Positions 1-12,344 are shown, counted from the first letter of the stretch. The stretch: 64,000 nt of DNA from Clostridium thermobutyricum (GCA_016841565.1 JAENYX010000011.1:7549-71548); one strand, 5' to 3'. Notes: generated by a model from the letters alone, not told the origin. Program-made: numbers and translations.

Positions 1-209
1 AGGTCACCTTCCACCTTATAGCTCTTGTCGATTACTTCCCTTAACCTGCTTATTTCAGCCTCTGTCAGGTCCTTTATCCGTGTATCAAAGTTTACGCCCG
101 CTTCCCCAAGTATCTTCTGCGACCTGGCTCTGCCAATACCGTATATATAGGTAAGCCCAATCTCTACTCTTTTATCTCTGGGTAAGTCAATACCAGCAAT
201 CCTTGCCAT
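1..209 (-). CDS. rpsM: 30S ribosomal protein S13 (5' part, runs off window)
   Basis: Manual translation [26 protein letters not shown]...; GGAGG RBS; follows rpmJ. Confidence 0.97.
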   Translation of the reverse strand, partial: MARIAGIDLPRDKRVEIGLTYIYGIGRARSQKILGEAGVNFDTRIKDLTEAEISRLREVIDKSYKVEGD

Positions 210-236
210 ATAACAACTACACCTCCCGTATTTACA

Positions 237-350
237 TTATCCCTGTTTTTGTTTGTGTTTGGGATTTTCACAGATTATCATTACCTTGCCTTTTCTTTTG
301 ATTATCTTGCATTTTTCACACATTGGCTTAATTGATGGTTTTACCTTCAT
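237..350 (-). CDS. rpmJ: 50S ribosomal protein L36 (37 aa, below ORF-track cutoff)
   Basis: Manual translation [37 protein letters not shown]. Confidence 0.98.
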   Translation of the reverse strand: MKVKPSIKPMCEKCKIIKRKGKVMIICENPKHKQKQG

Positions 351-362
351 TGCAATACCTCC

Positions 363-584
363 TTAGCTTTTGCCTCTCCATACTATTCTGCCCCGCGTGA
401 GATCATAGGGTGACAGCTCAACTGTTACCTTGTCGCCGGGTAAAATTCTTATATAGTGCATTCTCAGCTTTCCAGATACATGAGCCAATATTCTATGACC
501 ATTCTCAAGTTCCACATGAAACATAGCATTTGGCAAAGCCTCCGTGACCTTACCTTCCACCTCAATAACATCTTTCTTCGCCAT
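363..584 (-). CDS. infA: Translation initiation factor IF-1
   Basis: [22 protein letters not shown]...[23 protein letters not shown]. Confidence 0.98.
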   Translation of the reverse strand: MAKKDVIEVEGKVTEALPNAMFHVELENGHRILAHVSGKLRMHYIRILPGDKVTVELSPYDLTRGRIVWRGKS

Positions 585-613
585 AAGGTAATCATACCTC
601 CATTCACCGAATC

Positions 614-889
614 CTATCTATCCTCAAGGTTTTTCAGATACTTTCTCAGTTCGGCATTTGTAACCTTTTTACCGTTCTTAAGCTTTTCCGCAACCTCCTG
701 TAATAAGATACCGGTTTTAGCCAAATGTTTCGCTTTCTTTTTCTTTGGCTTATCAGCCTTTCTTAAGTCTCCGTCAGCTATATACAGGTATTGTCCCTGG
801 TCAATGTCCATAACTACAAAATATGCGTTCCTGTCTCTTCCAGCCTTTGACCTTACAACCTGACCGGGAACTATTCCGTTTGCATCCAT
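614..889 (-). CDS. KOW-motif RNA-binding protein (L14e-like)
   Basis: [11 protein letters not shown]...[16 protein letters not shown]; usual position between map and infA in Clostridia. Confidence 0.88.
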   Translation of the reverse strand: MDANGIVPGQVVRSKAGRDRNAYFVVMDIDQGQYLYIADGDLRKADKPKKKKAKHLAKTGILLQEVAEKLKNGKKVTNAELRKYLKNLEDR

Positions 890-915
890 ACCCCATTCAC
901 CTCCATCAAACCCTC

Positions 916-1662
916 TTATGTTTGAGTAAGTATCCGGGGACCATCTTCTGTTATGGCTATAGTGTGTTCAAAATGGGCAGATAGGCTGGAATCCGCCGTA
1001 ACTACAGTCCAATTGTCCTTCAAGGTTCTCACATGGTAGCCGCCTATGTTAACCATAGGCTCGATGGCCAATACCATTCCTTCCTTCAGTCTGGGGCCTT
1101 TACCAGGCATACCGAAATTCGGAATCTGCGGGTCCTCATGCATATTCTGGCCGATACCGTGTCCTACATAATCCCTTACAACCGAATAACCGCTGCCTTC
1201 TACCACATTCTGTACTGCATGGGATATGTCCGACAGCCTGTTGCCTTCCATTGCCAGTTTTATACCTTCATACAGGCTTTGCCGGGTAACCTCTATCAGT
1301 CTCCTGGCCTCGACGGTAATTTCACCCACTCCGCAGGTAAATGCTGCATCTCCGTAATAGCCTTCAAAAACAGTCCCTATATCTATACTGATAATATCTC
1401 CGTCTTTTAGCGTATAGGGTCCCGGTATACCGTGAACCACCTGATGATTTACCGAGGTGCAGATGCTTGCTGGAAACCCTCTGTAACCTTTAAAGGCCGG
1501 AGCTGCTCCTGCATTGACTATAAGGTCCTCTGCTATCCGGTCTAATTCCCTGGTAGTAACCCCTGGTCTTATGGCTTCCTTCAGCCTTTGTATAGCCAAA
1601 GCAACAATTCGGCCTGCAACAGCCATGGTTTCGATTTCCGCCGGGGATTTTAATATAATCAT
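916..1662 (-). CDS. map: Methionine aminopeptidase type I
   Basis: SICTSVN..VVHGIP, GHGIG..MHEDP, AIEPM, SAHFEHT motifs. Confidence 0.97.
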   Translation of the reverse strand: MIILKSPAEIETMAVAGRIVALAIQRLKEAIRPGVTTRELDRIAEDLIVNAGAAPAFKGYRGFPASICTSVNHQVVHGIPGPYTLKDGDIISIDIGTVFEGYYGDAAFTCGVGEITVEARRLIEVTRQSLYEGIKLAMEGNRLSDISHAVQNVVEGSGYSVVRDYVGHGIGQNMHEDPQIPNFGMPGKGPRLKEGMVLAIEPMVNIGGYHVRTLKDNWTVVTADSSLSAHFEHTIAITEDGPRILTQT

Positions 1663-2312
1663 TTATTATCTCTCCCCAGCACGCCGGTGATTTGCTCCCA
1701 AACCTCTTCTATTTCCTTCTGACCATCGATATCAGCCAGCAATCCCTTATCTGAATAGTATTTTATGAGCGGCTGCGTCTGTTCAAGGTATACTTCTATC
1801 CTTTTTACAACCGTCTCTTCCCTGTCATCCTCTCTCTGAATCAGTTTGCCGTCACATACGTCACATATACCGACCCGGGAAGGACAATTATACTTCACGT
1901 GATAGGTGGCACCGCAGACCGTGCATACCCTTCTGCCCACAGCCCTTTCTATTAAGGTTTCCTTTCGGACATCAATGTTCAATACATGGTCAAGTTTCAT
2001 ATCCATCTTCTGAAGGACTTCATCCAGAGCGCTGGCCTGGGCAACAGTCCGGGGAAAGCCGTCAAGCAAAAACCCCTTTTTACAATCCCCCTCCACCAGA
2101 CGGTCCCTGACAATTTCCACTACAATTTCATCCGGTACCAGCAGACCCTTGTTCATATACTCCTTAGCCTTTAATCCCAGGGGTGTGCCTTCTTTGAGGT
2201 TTTTCCTGAATATATCTCCCGTAGATACGTGGGGCACGAAGTATTTTTCTGCAATCATGGCTGCCTGGGTTCCCTTGCCGGCACCCGGTGGTCCCATTAT
2301 TACCAAGCGCAT
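1659..2312 (-). CDS. adk: Adenylate kinase (zinc-binding LID)
   Basis: [11 protein letters not shown]-loop, LDGFPRT, CxxC..CxxC lid; start set at MRLVIMG. Confidence 0.97.
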   Translation of the reverse strand: MRLVIMGPPGAGKGTQAAMIAEKYFVPHVSTGDIFRKNLKEGTPLGLKAKEYMNKGLLVPDEIVVEIVRDRLVEGDCKKGFLLDGFPRTVAQASALDEVLQKMDMKLDHVLNIDVRKETLIERAVGRRVCTVCGATYHVKYNCPSRVGICDVCDGKLIQREDDREETVVKRIEVYLEQTQPLIKYYSDKGLLADIDGQKEIEEVWEQITGVLGRDNK

Positions 2313-2324
2313 AACTATCATCTC

Positions 2325-3581
2325 CTATTTAAGAAATCCCTGATAGTGTCTCATTAACATCTGAGCCTCTATTTGCTTCATGGTCTCAAGGGCTACACCA
2401 ACAACAATCAGAAGGGCAGTTCCTCCGAAGTATATTTTAAGGCCGGTAAATCTCATAAGTATTACCGGTATTACCACTATCACAACCAGAAAGAAAGCTC
2501 CAACCAAAGTAATCCTGTTAAGAACCTTGCTGATGTAATCGGTGGTCGGTTTCCCCGGTCTGATGCCCGGGATAAACCCGCCGTACTTCTTCAGGTTGTT
2601 TGCCACTTCTATGGGATTAAAGGTTATAGCCGTATAAAAATAGGTAAAGAATAGTATCAAGCCGGCTGTAAACAAGGTGTGAGCAAACCCGCCCCATGCA
2701 AAGTATCTTTCCATAAACCTGTAGAATCCGCTTTCGGGAAAGAATGCGCCTATGGTTTGCGGAAAAGCCAGCAGTGAGGACGCAAATATTACCGGGATTA
2801 CCCCTGCCTGATTAACCTTTATAGGTATATGGGTGCTTTGTCCGCCGTACATTTTCCTTCCTACAACCCTCTTGGCATACTGTACCGGTATCCTTCTCTG
2901 TCCCTCCTGTATAGCCACAACGCCGGTAATTATAAGCACGGCTCCAATGGAGAACAGCACCAACTCAACAATATTTGTTGTACCCACTTTATAATAATCA
3001 TAAACCGTTCTCAAACCTCCAGGCAGTCTGGAGATTATGCCTGCAAATATCAAAAGCGAAATCCCGTTGCCAATTCCTTTATCGGTAATCTGCTCTCCAA
3101 GCCACATAAGAAATGCCGTCCCTGCCGTCAGTGTTAAAGCAACTATCGTAATGTTGATTGGTGTGGCATTATAGAGAGCGCCCCGCATACCTAAGCTCAG
3201 GCCTATACTCTGTACCAAAGCCAACACTACCGTACCGTACCTTGTATACTGTGCAATTTTTTTCCTGCCTTCTTCCCCTTCCTTGGCCAATTCCTCCAGC
3301 TTGGGGATGGCTATGGTCAAAAGCTGCATGATAATAGACGCCGTTATATAGGGAGTGATGCTTAGAGCAAAAATCGTGAAATTGCTAAAAGCTCCACCCG
3401 AAACCACATCAAAGAACCCCAGCAATCCGCCTTTTTGGACTATTTCCTGGATAACCGCTATGTTGATACCGGGAACCGGTATAAAGGCGCCTACCCTGAA
3501 AATTACCAGCATAGCAATGGTAAATAGGATCCTTCTCTTTAAATCGGGTATCTTCCATGCATTCCTCAACGTTTGTATCAC
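2325..3581 (-). CDS. secY: Preprotein translocase subunit SecY
   Basis: PYITASIIMQLL, GIGNGISL, IPGIRPG, GGTALLIVVGV. Confidence 0.98.
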   Translation of the reverse strand: MIQTLRNAWKIPDLKRRILFTIAMLVIFRVGAFIPVPGINIAVIQEIVQKGGLLGFFDVVSGGAFSNFTIFALSITPYITASIIMQLLTIAIPKLEELAKEGEEGRKKIAQYTRYGTVVLALVQSIGLSLGMRGALYNATPINITIVALTLTAGTAFLMWLGEQITDKGIGNGISLLIFAGIISRLPGGLRTVYDYYKVGTTNIVELVLFSIGAVLIITGVVAIQEGQRRIPVQYAKRVVGRKMYGGQSTHIPIKVNQAGVIPVIFASSLLAFPQTIGAFFPESGFYRFMERYFAWGGFAHTLFTAGLILFFTYFYTAITFNPIEVANNLKKYGGFIPGIRPGKPTTDYISKVLNRITLVGAFFLVVIVVIPVILMRFTGLKIYFGGTALLIVVGVALETMKQIEAQMLMRHYQGFLK

Positions 3582-3582
3582 T

Positions 3583-4023
3583 CTATATCACCTCAGCCTT
3601 TCCCCCTGCAGCTTGGATTCTTTCGGCTGCCGTTTTGCTGAATTTATGGGCTCTTACAGTAAGTGCTTTGCTAATTTCTCCATCTCCCAGCACCTTTACC
3701 TGCTCACCGGCCTTCTTAATAATCCCCGCCTGAACCAATAGCTCGGGATTTACCAGGGTGCCTTCTTCGAACATATTGAGCCTTTCCAAATTTACTAATG
3801 AATATTCTTTTTTGAAAATATTTGTAAAGCCTCTTTTAGGTATCCTTCTTTGCAGCGGCATCTGGCCGCCCTCAAAGCCCGGCCTTACACCGCCGCCCGA
3901 ACGGGCTTTTTGTCCTTTATGCCCCCTGCCGGCAGTCTTGCCATGGCCGGAGCTCATGCCCCTTCCAACTCTTTTGGCTTTCTTTTTTGCGCCTTGAGGA
4001 GACTTAAGTTCGTGCAACTTCAT
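3583..4023 (-). CDS. rplO: 50S ribosomal protein L15
   Basis: [36 protein letters not shown]. Confidence 0.98.
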   Translation of the reverse strand: MKLHELKSPQGAKKKAKRVGRGMSSGHGKTAGRGHKGQKARSGGGVRPGFEGGQMPLQRRIPKRGFTNIFKKEYSLVNLERLNMFEEGTLVNPELLVQAGIIKKAGEQVKVLGDGEISKALTVRAHKFSKTAAERIQAAGGKAEVI

Positions 4024-4035
4024 AGTGACACCTCC

Positions 4036-4218
4036 TTAGTTAACTTCTTCCACGTCCACCAGATGACTCACCTTGTTAAGCATTCCTCTTATCCCGGGCG
4101 TATCATCATGCTCAACCACCTGGGAAATCTTCTTAAGCCCAAGAGCTTCAACCGTTGCCTTCTGGTCTTTTTTGCTTCCAATTATACTCTTTATAAGTTT
4201 AATTTTTAATCTTGCCAA
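4036..4218 (-). CDS. rpmD: 50S ribosomal protein L30
   Basis: [11 protein letters not shown]...[20 protein letters not shown]. Confidence 0.97.
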   Translation of the reverse strand: MARLKIKLIKSIIGSKKDQKATVEALGLKKISQVVEHDDTPGIRGMLNKVSHLVDVEEVN

Positions 4219-4230
4219 GGTATCTTCCCC

Positions 4231-4743
4231 CTAACCCAGAATCTCTTCTACAGTTTTTCCCCTCAGTCTGGCAACCTGTTCCACGGTCTTCAGCTTACCT
4301 ATTCCTTCCATGGTAGCGTTAACCATATTCCTGGGGTTGTTGGAACCAAGGGATTTGGCTCTGATGTCTCTGACACCTGCACACTCAAGCACCGCCCTTA
4401 CGGGACCTCCCGCAATTATTCCGGTACCTTCCTTGGCCGGCATAAGTATTACCCTCCCTGCTCCAAACCGTCCGACCACTTCATGGGGTATGGTAGTACC
4501 CACCATCGGAACCTTTACCATTTCCCTTTTTGCATCTTCAACTGCCTTCCTGATAGCTTCGGGGACTTCTACCGCTTTTCCGGCTCCAACGCCAACACTT
4601 CCGTTTTGGTCTCCCACAACCACCAGTGCGCTAAACCTAAAATTTCTTCCGCCCTTAACAACCTTGGTTACTCTTCCTATATGAACAACCTTTTCAACAA
4701 GGTCCGACTTTGACTGATCATTTCTCCTTGCCCTGTTTTGCAT
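4231..4743 (-). CDS. rpsE: 30S ribosomal protein S5
   Basis: [22 protein letters not shown]; [15 protein letters not shown]. Confidence 0.98.
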   Translation of the reverse strand: MQNRARRNDQSKSDLVEKVVHIGRVTKVVKGGRNFRFSALVVVGDQNGSVGVGAGKAVEVPEAIRKAVEDAKREMVKVPMVGTTIPHEVVGRFGAGRVILMPAKEGTGIIAGGPVRAVLECAGVRDIRAKSLGSNNPRNMVNATMEGIGKLKTVEQVARLRGKTVEEILG

Positions 4744-4760
4744 TTATCTCCCTCCTTCTC

Positions 4761-5129
4761 TTAGAAGTTTAGGCCGGTCTCTCTGGCCGCATCTGCCAGC
4801 ACTTTAACTCTACCGTGATACTTGTATCCGCCTCTGTCAAAGACAATATCCTTTACTCCCTTTTTCAACGCTCTACCGGCTACTACCTGTCCTACTACCT
4901 TTGCTGCATCCAGGTTATAACCTTTTCCGGCCTTTTCTTTTACTTCCTTATCAAGGGTAGAAGCCGATATCAGGGTAACTCCGGCATCATCGTCAATAAG
5001 CTGAGCATAAATATGATTTAAGCTTCTATATACATTCAAGCGAGGTCTGTCGGCAGTACCGTGAATTTTGTTCCTTACTACCCTATGCCTCTTCTGCCTG
5101 GCCTCGTTTTTTACCATTTTCTTAAGCAA
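4761..5129 (-). CDS. rplR: 50S ribosomal protein L18
   Basis: [18 protein letters not shown]; [12 protein letters not shown]. Confidence 0.98.
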   Translation of the reverse strand: MLKKMVKNEARQKRHRVVRNKIHGTADRPRLNVYRSLNHIYAQLIDDDAGVTLISASTLDKEVKEKAGKGYNLDAAKVVGQVVAGRALKKGVKDIVFDRGGYKYHGRVKVLADAARETGLNF

Positions 5130-5150
5130 GATTGATCTCTCCCTTCTTAC

Positions 5151-5690
5151 TTATTTGCCCGTCTTGCCTACCTTACGTCTAATATGCTCGTCACTGTATT
5201 TAATCCCTTTTCCTTTATATGGCTCAGGCTCCCTTACACTTCGAATAATGGCAGCATAGTTTCCCACCTTTTGCTTGTCGATACCCTTTACCATAACCTT
5301 ATTGGTGCCTTCAACTTCTACAGTTATACCTTCGGGGTCTGCCATTTCCACCGGATGGGAATACCCTACGTTCAGCACAAGCTTCTTTCCCTGTTTCTGT
5401 GCTCTATACCCTACACCATTTATCTCAAGAGTTTTCTGATAGCCCTTGGTAACACCCTCCACCATATTGGCTATAAGCGACCTCGTCAACCCGTGAAGGG
5501 ATTTGTGAAATTTATTGTCAGAAGGTCTGTTGACAATTATTTTGCTGTCTTCCTTGGTTATAATTATATCCTTATGCATTCTCCGCTCCATCTTACCCAG
5601 CGGTCCCTTTACAGTAATATGGTTTTCCTGGCCTATTGTCACTTCAACCCCGCCGGGGATCTCTATGGGTAACTTGCCTATCCTGGACAT
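5151..5690 (-). CDS. rplF: 50S ribosomal protein L6
   Basis: MSRIGKLPI; [11 protein letters not shown]. Confidence 0.98.
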   Translation of the reverse strand: MSRIGKLPIEIPGGVEVTIGQENHITVKGPLGKMERRMHKDIIITKEDSKIIVNRPSDNKFHKSLHGLTRSLIANMVEGVTKGYQKTLEINGVGYRAQKQGKKLVLNVGYSHPVEMADPEGITVEVEGTNKVMVKGIDKQKVGNYAAIIRSVREPEPYKGKGIKYSDEHIRRKVGKTGK

Positions 5691-5708
5691 TGTAACACCT
5701 CCTATAAA

Positions 5709-6107
5709 CTACCATATATAGCAGATAACCTCTCCTCCGATGCTTTCCTTTCTTGCCTGGGCATCCGTCATTATACCCCTTGATGTGGATATAATTGCAA
5801 TACCAAGGCCTCCAAGTACCTTTGGAATTTCATCCTTGTTAACGTATACTCTCAGCCCCGGCTTGGATATTCTTTTTAATCCGCTCAATACCTTTTCCTG
5901 GCCATGGGCATATTTTAGATCTACTTTGATGATCCCTTGCTTTCCATCCTCTTTAACTTCATACCCTTTTATGAAACCTTCGTCAAGCAATATCTTAGCG
6001 ATAGCCTTTTTCATATTTGATGCCGGTATCTCTACCTGACTGTGTTTAACAGTGTTTGCATTCCTAATACGAGTCAGCATATCAGCAATGGGGTCAGTCA
6101 TAACCAT
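5709..6107 (-). CDS. rpsH: 30S ribosomal protein S8
   Basis: [15 protein letters not shown]; [10 protein letters not shown]. Confidence 0.98.
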   Translation of the reverse strand: MVMTDPIADMLTRIRNANTVKHSQVEIPASNMKKAIAKILLDEGFIKGYEVKEDGKQGIIKVDLKYAHGQEKVLSGLKRISKPGLRVYVNKDEIPKVLGGLGIAIISTSRGIMTDAQARKESIGGEVICYIW

Positions 6108-6136
6108 ATATCTCTACCTCCTTCCGTTATAAAGCC

Positions 6137-6322
6137 TTACCAGCTAGCTTTCTTAACACCCGGGATTTCTCCCCTATAGGCAAACTCCCTGAAACAGATA
6201 CGGCATAGTCCGAATTTTCTTAAGTATGCATGGGGCCTTCCGCATACTTTACATCTATTGTAAGCCCTGGTGCTAAATCTAGGAGTCCTCGTCTGTTTGG
6301 CTATCATTGATTTTTTCGCCAC
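6137..6322 (-). CDS. rpsN: 30S ribosomal protein S14 type Z (zinc-binding)
   Basis: 61 aa, [17 protein letters not shown]. Confidence 0.98.
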   Translation of the reverse strand: MAKKSMIAKQTRTPRFSTRAYNRCKVCGRPHAYLRKFGLCRICFREFAYRGEIPGVKKASW

Positions 6323-6341
6323 CTATTTGCTCCCTCCTTAT

Positions 6342-6881
6342 TTATTTTCTGAATGGAACTCCCATAATCCTTAAGAGTTCCCGTGCTTCCTGATCGGTCT
6401 TGCCGGTGGTAACTATTATTACATCCATGCCTCTTATTTTTTCAATCTTGTCATAGTCTATTTCAGGAAAGATAAGCTGTTCCTTTATACCTAAAGCAAA
6501 ATTTCCCCTTCCGTCGAAGGCATCGGGAGAAACACCTCTGAAGTCCCTGACCCTCGGAAGGGCTATATTAAACAGTTTATCCAGGAATTCGTACATCCTG
6601 ACCCCTCTCAGGGTTACCTTGCATCCGATTGGCATTCCGGTACGTATCTTAAAAGCAGCAACAGATTTTTTGGCTCTTGTAATCACTGGTTTCTGCCCGC
6701 TTATTATGGACAGGTCTTCAACTGCTGCCTCTAAAGTCTTAGCGTTCTCCTTTGCTTCGCCAACCCTCATATTGATAATTACTTTTGCAATTCTTGGAAC
6801 TTCCATTATGTTTTTATATCCGAATCTGTCCATAAGAGCAGGTACTGCTTCATTATGGTACTTATCCATCAGTCTTGACAT
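6342..6881 (-). CDS. rplE: 50S ribosomal protein L5
   Basis: [19 protein letters not shown]; [10 protein letters not shown]. Confidence 0.98.
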   Translation of the reverse strand: MSRLMDKYHNEAVPALMDRFGYKNIMEVPRIAKVIINMRVGEAKENAKTLEAAVEDLSIISGQKPVITRAKKSVAAFKIRTGMPIGCKVTLRGVRMYEFLDKLFNIALPRVRDFRGVSPDAFDGRGNFALGIKEQLIFPEIDYDKIEKIRGMDVIIVTTGKTDQEARELLRIMGVPFRK

Positions 6882-6906
6882 CAGACTACCTCCTTTCCCC
6901 TACTCT

Positions 6907-7239
6907 TTATTTATCAAGAGTTTCACCGCAGGTTCTGCAAAATCTAACCTTGGCGCCGTCCTTTAATATCTTCCTACCGTATCTTCTTCCTCTTTTACAC
7001 TTCGGGCAGTATAGCAACACATTCGAAGCATGTACAGGACCCTCCTGGTGGATTATTCCGCCCTGCTGCATCTGACGGGTTGGTTTCACATGCTTTGTCA
7101 GCATATTAACTCCCTCAACAATGACACGATTATCCTTTGGAAAGGCTGTCAGGACTTTGCCTTTTTTGCCTTTATCTTTTCCCGAAATCAGTTCAACCGT
7201 ATCCCCTTTTCTTACATGCATTTTAGCTTTCCCTTTCAA
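6907..7239 (-). CDS. rplX: 50S ribosomal protein L24
   Basis: KGDTVELISGKDKGKKGKV KOW motif; TTG start chosen from GGAGG spacing (start uncertain). Confidence 0.96.
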   Translation of the reverse strand: MKGKAKMHVRKGDTVELISGKDKGKKGKVLTAFPKDNRVIVEGVNMLTKHVKPTRQMQQGGIIHQEGPVHASNVLLYCPKCKRGRRYGRKILKDGAKVRFCRTCGETLDK

Positions 7240-7256
7240 AACAGCCACCTCCTCCG

Positions 7257-7625
7257 TTAAAGAACTTCGGGGGCAAGAGAAACTATTTTCATGAAATCCT
7301 TTTCTCTAAGCTCCCTGGCAACGGGGCCAAATATTCTTGTTCCCCTTGGTTGCTTGTCTTCTTTTATTATTACCGCAGCATTTTCGTCAAACTTGATGGT
7401 GCTTCCGTCAATCCTTTTTACTCCTCTTGTGGTTCTGACTACTACCGCTTGCACAACATCTCCTTTTTTAACAACACCACCGGGTGTTGCATCTTTAACG
7501 GTAGCAACTATAGTATCGCCTACATTGGCATATCTCTTCCTTGAACCCCCTATTACTCTTATACAAAGCAATTCCTTGGCTCCGGAATTATCTGCCACTT
7601 TCAAGCGGGACTCAGCTTGTATCAT
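7257..7625 (-). CDS. rplN: 50S ribosomal protein L14
   Basis: [17 protein letters not shown]; [13 protein letters not shown]. Confidence 0.98.
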   Translation of the reverse strand: MIQAESRLKVADNSGAKELLCIRVIGGSRKRYANVGDTIVATVKDATPGGVVKKGDVVQAVVVRTTRGVKRIDGSTIKFDENAAVIIKEDKQPRGTRIFGPVARELREKDFMKIVSLAPEVL

Positions 7626-7657
7626 CGGAAATACCTCCTTCCGGCAAACATAATTAG

Positions 7658-7912
7658 TTATCGTGCCTTCTCGATTATATCAACAAGTCTCCACCTTTTT
7701 TCTCTGCTCAAAGGTCTGGTCTCCATGATTCTGACTTTATCGCCTATGGAGCACTCATTGTTCGGATCATGGGCCTTGAACTTCTTGGTTTGTTTTATTG
7801 ATTTACCATAAAGAGGATGCCTTACCAAGGCTTCCACTGCCACTACTATGGTTTTATCCATCTTATCGCTAACCACTTTTCCAATTCTGACTTTCCTATT
7901 GCCCCGTATCAT
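7658..7912 (-). CDS. rpsQ: 30S ribosomal protein S17
   Basis: [14 protein letters not shown]; [11 protein letters not shown]. Confidence 0.98.
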   Translation of the reverse strand: MIRGNRKVRIGKVVSDKMDKTIVVAVEALVRHPLYGKSIKQTKKFKAHDPNNECSIGDKVRIMETRPLSREKRWRLVDIIEKAR

Positions 7913-7940
7913 GCATTAGTTACCTCCTTCCTCAAAGGTC

Positions 7941-8144
7941 CTACGCTTTAACATTCTGCAGTTCTCTTTCCCGCATAACCGTTTTAATCCTGGCGATGGA
8001 TTTTCTCACATGTTTTATTCTCATTGGATTATCCAACTGTCCCGTAGCAAGTTGAAATCTAAGATTGAAAAGCTCTCCCTTTAGTTCCTGAGCCTTTTTT
8101 TCCAGTTCCTGTGCAGTCATTTCTCTAACCTCTTTAGCTTTCAT
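7941..8144 (-). CDS. rpmC: 50S ribosomal protein L29
   Basis: MKAKEVR...[17 protein letters not shown]; overlaps rplP end. Confidence 0.97.
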   Translation of the reverse strand: MKAKEVREMTAQELEKKAQELKGELFNLRFQLATGQLDNPMRIKHVRKSIARIKTVMRERELQNVKA

Positions 8145-8568
8145 TTGCTTCACCACCCACTTCATCGCGTTTTACGAATTTACACTTAATAGGCAGTTTA
8201 TGCATGGATAGACGCATTGCTTCCCTTGCAACTTCTTCACTTACTCCAGATATTTCAAACATAATCCTTCCGGGTTTCACTACCGCTACCCAGTATTCCG
8301 GTGAACCTTTACCTGAACCCATTCTGGTTTCGGCTGGCTTCTGTGTAACCGGCTTATCAGGGAATATTTTTATCCAGACCTGCCCGCCTCTTTTTATATA
8401 TCTGGTCATAGCAATCCTTGCGGCTTCAATCTGATTAGAAGTAATCCATCCGGGTTCTAAGGCCTGCAATCCGTATTGGCCGTATGATATTGCGTTGCCA
8501 CGGTTTGCTTTCCCCTTCATTCTGCCCCTTTGAACCTTTCGGCGCTTAACCCTTTTCGGTATCAACAT
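8134..8568 (-). CDS. rplP: 50S ribosomal protein L16
   Basis: [11 protein letters not shown]; [12 protein letters not shown]. Confidence 0.98.
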   Translation of the reverse strand: MLIPKRVKRRKVQRGRMKGKANRGNAISYGQYGLQALEPGWITSNQIEAARIAMTRYIKRGGQVWIKIFPDKPVTQKPAETRMGSGKGSPEYWVAVVKPGRIMFEISGVSEEVAREAMRLSMHKLPIKCKFVKRDEVGGEANES

Positions 8569-8595
8569 TTGGTCTTCCTCCTCTCTTACATGTCC

Positions 8596-9243
8596 CTAAT
8601 TTTCGCTTTTAGCCTTTGCCAAAATTTCTCCCTTATATATCCATACCTTAACGCCGATTTTTCCATAAGTTGTATTGGCCTCTGCGAAGCCGTAATCTAT
8701 ATCTGCCCTGAGCGTTTGCAGAGGGATGGTTCCTTCGCTGTATCTTTCGCTTCTCGCAATTTCCGCTCCGCCCAACCGGCCGGCAACCATAGTTTTAATA
8801 CCCTTTGCCCCCGAGCGCATGGTGCGCTGGAGTGACTGCTTCATAGCCCTACGAAAGGAAATCCTTCTCTCAAGCTGGGATGCTATATTTTCTGCAACCA
8901 GCTGAGCGTCCAGTTCTGGAACCTTTATCTCAATAATGTTGATGAAGGCGTTCTTTCCCGTCATAGCTTCCAGTTCCTTCTTGAGATCATCTACCCCCGA
9001 GCCGCCCTTACCAATTACCATTCCGGGTTTTGCAGTATATATAGTAACCTTAACCCTGTTGGCAGCCCGCTCAATCTCAACTTTGGAAATACCCGAGGTA
9101 TAAAATTTATTCTTAACATATTTTCTGATCTTTTTATCTTCTATCAAAAGGTCGGAAAAGCCCTTTTTATTTGAATACCATTTTGAACTCCAGTCTTTTA
9201 TTATTCCGACTCTGAGCCCGTGAGGATTGACTTTTTGGCCCAC
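8596..9243 (-). CDS. rpsC: 30S ribosomal protein S3
   Basis: [13 protein letters not shown]; [12 protein letters not shown]. Confidence 0.98.
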   Translation of the reverse strand: MGQKVNPHGLRVGIIKDWSSKWYSNKKGFSDLLIEDKKIRKYVKNKFYTSGISKVEIERAANRVKVTIYTAKPGMVIGKGGSGVDDLKKELEAMTGKNAFINIIEIKVPELDAQLVAENIASQLERRISFRRAMKQSLQRTMRSGAKGIKTMVAGRLGGAEIARSERYSEGTIPLQTLRADIDYGFAEANTTYGKIGVKVWIYKGEILAKAKSEN

Positions 9244-9258
9244 TAATTTTCCCTCCTT

Positions 9259-9594
9259 CTACTGTTTTTCTTTGAGTACCACAGAGATATGGGTACTTCT
9301 TTTGCGAATAATGTTTGCCCTGCCCTGAGCCCTTGCCTTATACCTCTTCTGTATGGGGCCCTGGTTTGCAAAAATGCTGGCAACATACAAATTATCACGA
9401 ACCATATCATGGTTGTTTTCGGCATTGGCAGCCGCAGATTGTATCAGCTTTTCTGTTATTTTAGCGCCTTTGTTGGGCAAATACCTTAGTATGGCTATGG
9501 CTTCATCTATACTCTTACCCCTTATCAGGTCCAGTACAACTTCCACCTTTCGGGGCGATATGCTGACATGCTTAACATGCGCTTTTGCTTCCAC
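9259..9594 (-). CDS. rplV: 50S ribosomal protein L22
   Basis: ISPRKV..VLDLIRGK; SAAANAENN; RAQGRA. Confidence 0.97.
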   Translation of the reverse strand: MEAKAHVKHVSISPRKVEVVLDLIRGKSIDEAIAILRYLPNKGAKITEKLIQSAAANAENNHDMVRDNLYVASIFANQGPIQKRYKARAQGRANIIRKRSTHISVVLKEKQ

Positions 9595-9614
9595 CGCTAA
9601 ACCCTCCTTCCAAT

Positions 9615-9899
9615 CTACTTAAGCGAAGTTGACCTTTCAGTATGAGAACCATGCCCCCTGAAGGTCCTGGTGGGCGCAAATTCACCCAGTTTGTGTCCTA
9701 CCATTTCTTCGGTTATATATACAGGGACATGTTTTCTGCCATCATGTACCGCTATAGTATGGCCTACCATTTGCGGGAAGATGGTTGATGCCCTCGACCA
9801 GGTCTTTAATACCTTTTTGTCATTCTTCTTATTCATCTCTTCAATTCTCTTCAGGAGCTTAGGTTCAACATAAGGTCCCTTTTTTAATGACCTTCCCAT
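9615..9899 (-). CDS. rpsS: 30S ribosomal protein S19
   Basis: MGRSLKKGP; [13 protein letters not shown]. Confidence 0.98.
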   Translation of the reverse strand: MGRSLKKGPYVEPKLLKRIEEMNKKNDKKVLKTWSRASTIFPQMVGHTIAVHDGRKHVPVYITEEMVGHKLGEFAPTRTFRGHGSHTERSTSLK

Positions 9900-9923
9900 A
9901 AGCATTACTTCCTCCCTTCTTTT

Positions 9924-10754
9924 CTACTTCTTGCGCCGTTTAACAATAAACTTGTCGCTGGCTTTGTTCTTCTTCCTTGTCTTGTATCCAAGGGTAGGTT
10001 TCCCCCATGGAGTAACCGGAGCCGGTCTGCCCACAGGCGCTTTACCTTCACCGCCGCCGTGCGGATGGTCTACAGGGTTCATGGCCGAACCTCTGACGGT
10101 AGGTCTTATGCCTAAGTTTCTTTTCCTTCCGGCCTTTCCTATGGTAACATTCTCATAGTCAAGATTTCCCACCTGGCCCACCGTTGCTCTGCATTCCTGC
10201 CTTACCATTCTTACTTCTCCCGAAGGAAGTTTGACCTGTGCATAATCTCCTTCTTTGGCCATCAACTGGGCGGAGTTTCCTGCCGCTCTTACCAATTGAG
10301 CTCCTTTTCCGGGTTTTAGCTCTATATTGTGTATAATCGTGCCTACAGGAATACTCGAAAGAGGAAGAGCATTGCCTGGTTTGATATCGGCATCCTTACC
10401 CGATACAACGGTGTCTCCCACTTTTATTCCCAAGGGTGCGATAATGTACCGTTTCTCGCCGTCCGAATAGTTCAGCAGTGCAATGTTTGCACTTCTATTG
10501 GGGTCGTATTCAATGGTGGCAACCTTTGCTGTTATTCCATCCTTGTCTCTTTTGAAATCTATAATTCTGTATTTTCTCTTGTGTCCGCCACCCCTGTGCC
10601 GAACGGTAATCCTTCCGTACACGTTTCTGCCACCGGATTTTTTCAAATCGGTTACAAGGGATTTTTCGGGTTTATCGGTTGTAATCTCTGAATAATCCAA
10701 AACCGTCATATGTCTAATTCCCGGCGAGGTAGGTCTGAATTTTTTCACTGCCAT
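9924..10754 (-). CDS. rplB: 50S ribosomal protein L2
   Basis: [13 protein letters not shown]; [13 protein letters not shown]. Confidence 0.99.
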   Translation of the reverse strand: MAVKKFRPTSPGIRHMTVLDYSEITTDKPEKSLVTDLKKSGGRNVYGRITVRHRGGGHKRKYRIIDFKRDKDGITAKVATIEYDPNRSANIALLNYSDGEKRYIIAPLGIKVGDTVVSGKDADIKPGNALPLSSIPVGTIIHNIELKPGKGAQLVRAAGNSAQLMAKEGDYAQVKLPSGEVRMVRQECRATVGQVGNLDYENVTIGKAGRKRNLGIRPTVRGSAMNPVDHPHGGGEGKAPVGRPAPVTPWGKPTLGYKTRKKNKASDKFIVKRRKK

Positions 10755-10773
10755 AATGTTTCCCTCCCTACAT

Positions 10774-11064
10774 TTACATGCCTTCGAAGAACTCTATTTT
10801 TTTACTGCCTTCTGCAAGCTTCACGAAGGCCTTTTTCCAACTTGCCTTTCTTCCTAAATTTCTGCCCATTCTTCTCATTTTTCCCATATAGTTTATAACG
10901 TTTACCTTTTCCACCTTAACACCAAAAAGCTCTTCCACAGCTTTCTTAATCTCTATTTTGTTTGCTTTTTTATTAACTACAAAGGTGTACTTACTCTCTT
11001 CCATATCCCTCATGCTTCTCTCGGTTATAACCGGACGAATAATTATATCCTGGGGAGCCTTCAT
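10774..11064 (-). CDS. rplW: 50S ribosomal protein L23
   Basis: RPVITERS; [11 protein letters not shown]; WKKAFVKL. Confidence 0.97.
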   Translation of the reverse strand: MKAPQDIIIRPVITERSMRDMEESKYTFVVNKKANKIEIKKAVEELFGVKVEKVNVINYMGKMRRMGRNLGRKASWKKAFVKLAEGSKKIEFFEGM

Positions 11065-11687
11065 TTCCCGTACACCTCCTCGACTGCTTCCACCGCTTCC
11101 CTGGTTATCACAAAGGCATCGTACTTTAATATGTCATACACATTAAGAGTGCCTACTTCGGATGTTTTTATCCCAGGGATGTTTCTTGATGACTTTTCTA
11201 CCGTCCCGTCATTGCTCTTTATTACTATCAAAGCCTTCTTACCAACATTAAGATTTTTGAGCATTCCATGAATAAAGCTGGTCTTTGGCTGTTCAACAGT
11301 GAGGCTGTCCAGCACAATAATCTCATTGTTCAAGGCCTTTGAGCTAAGGGCCGAAAGCAGTGCCTTTCTGCGCATCTTCTTGGGCAGCTTTTGTGAATAA
11401 TCTCTTGGCTTGGGAGCAAAAATCACTCCTCCTCCGGTCCACTGCGGAGAACGGGTACTACCCTGTCTTGCCCTTCCTGTCCCTTTTTGTCTCCAAGGCT
11501 TTCTCCCGCCACCTCTTACTTCTGCTCTGGTCTTTGCAGACTGGGTTCCTTGTCTCTGGTTGGCTAAATATACTTGCACTGCTTGATGCAGCAATGGCTG
11601 ATTGACCTGGACGCCAAAAACCTCATCCTTAAGCTCCATCTCTCCAACTTGTTTTCCATCAGTATTGAAAACAGCTACTTTAGGCAT
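11061..11687 (-). CDS. rplD: 50S ribosomal protein L4
   Basis: [20 protein letters not shown]. Confidence 0.98.
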   Translation of the reverse strand: MPKVAVFNTDGKQVGEMELKDEVFGVQVNQPLLHQAVQVYLANQRQGTQSAKTRAEVRGGGRKPWRQKGTGRARQGSTRSPQWTGGGVIFAPKPRDYSQKLPKKMRRKALLSALSSKALNNEIIVLDSLTVEQPKTSFIHGMLKNLNVGKKALIVIKSNDGTVEKSSRNIPGIKTSEVGTLNVYDILKYDAFVITREAVEAVEEVYGK

Positions 11688-11714
11688 AACCTTTCCTCCT
11701 TTCTACAAGCCTTC

Positions 11715-12344
11715 TTATGCTTTAACAGAATCCTTTATAATCAGCAAGCCGTCCTTTGGTCCCGGCACGGCACCTTTCAGCAGCAGAAGATTGTGCTCCG
11801 GGTCTACCTTTACAACCTCCAGATTCTGCACTGTTATTCTTTCTCCGCCCATTCTGCCCGGCATGTGTTTGCCTTTAAACGTCCTGGACGGTGCGCTGGA
11901 ACCTCCCATCGATCCTACTCCCCTGTGATACTTTGAACCGTGGGCCATGGGTCCGCGATGCTGATTCCATCTTTTTATAACGCCTTGATATCCCTTCCCT
12001 TTGGAAGTCCCTACTACATCAACCTTGTCGCCTTCCTGGAATACATCCGCTTTAATTTCCTGCCCTATTTCGTATGTTTCGGGGTTATCTATTCTAAATT
12101 CCCTTAAAATTCTTTTATACTCTACCCCACCCTTATCGAAATGGCCTTTGATGGGCTTATTGACCTTTGTTGGTTTAATATCTTCAAAACCCACCTGTAT
12201 TGCAGTATATCCATCACTGTCAACGGCTTTTTTCTGTATTACCTTCACAGGTCCGGCCTTTATGACTGTAACCGGAATAATATTTCCATTTTCATCAAAT
12301 ACCTGTGTCATACCCAGTTTCTTTCCCAGAATCCCTTTCTCCAT
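11715..12344 (-). CDS. rplC: 50S ribosomal protein L3
   Basis: [10 protein letters not shown]; [12 protein letters not shown]; KGAVPG. Confidence 0.98.
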   Translation of the reverse strand: MEKGILGKKLGMTQVFDENGNIIPVTVIKAGPVKVIQKKAVDSDGYTAIQVGFEDIKPTKVNKPIKGHFDKGGVEYKRILREFRIDNPETYEIGQEIKADVFQEGDKVDVVGTSKGKGYQGVIKRWNQHRGPMAHGSKYHRGVGSMGGSSAPSRTFKGKHMPGRMGGERITVQNLEVVKVDPEHNLLLLKGAVPGPKDGLLIIKDSVKA

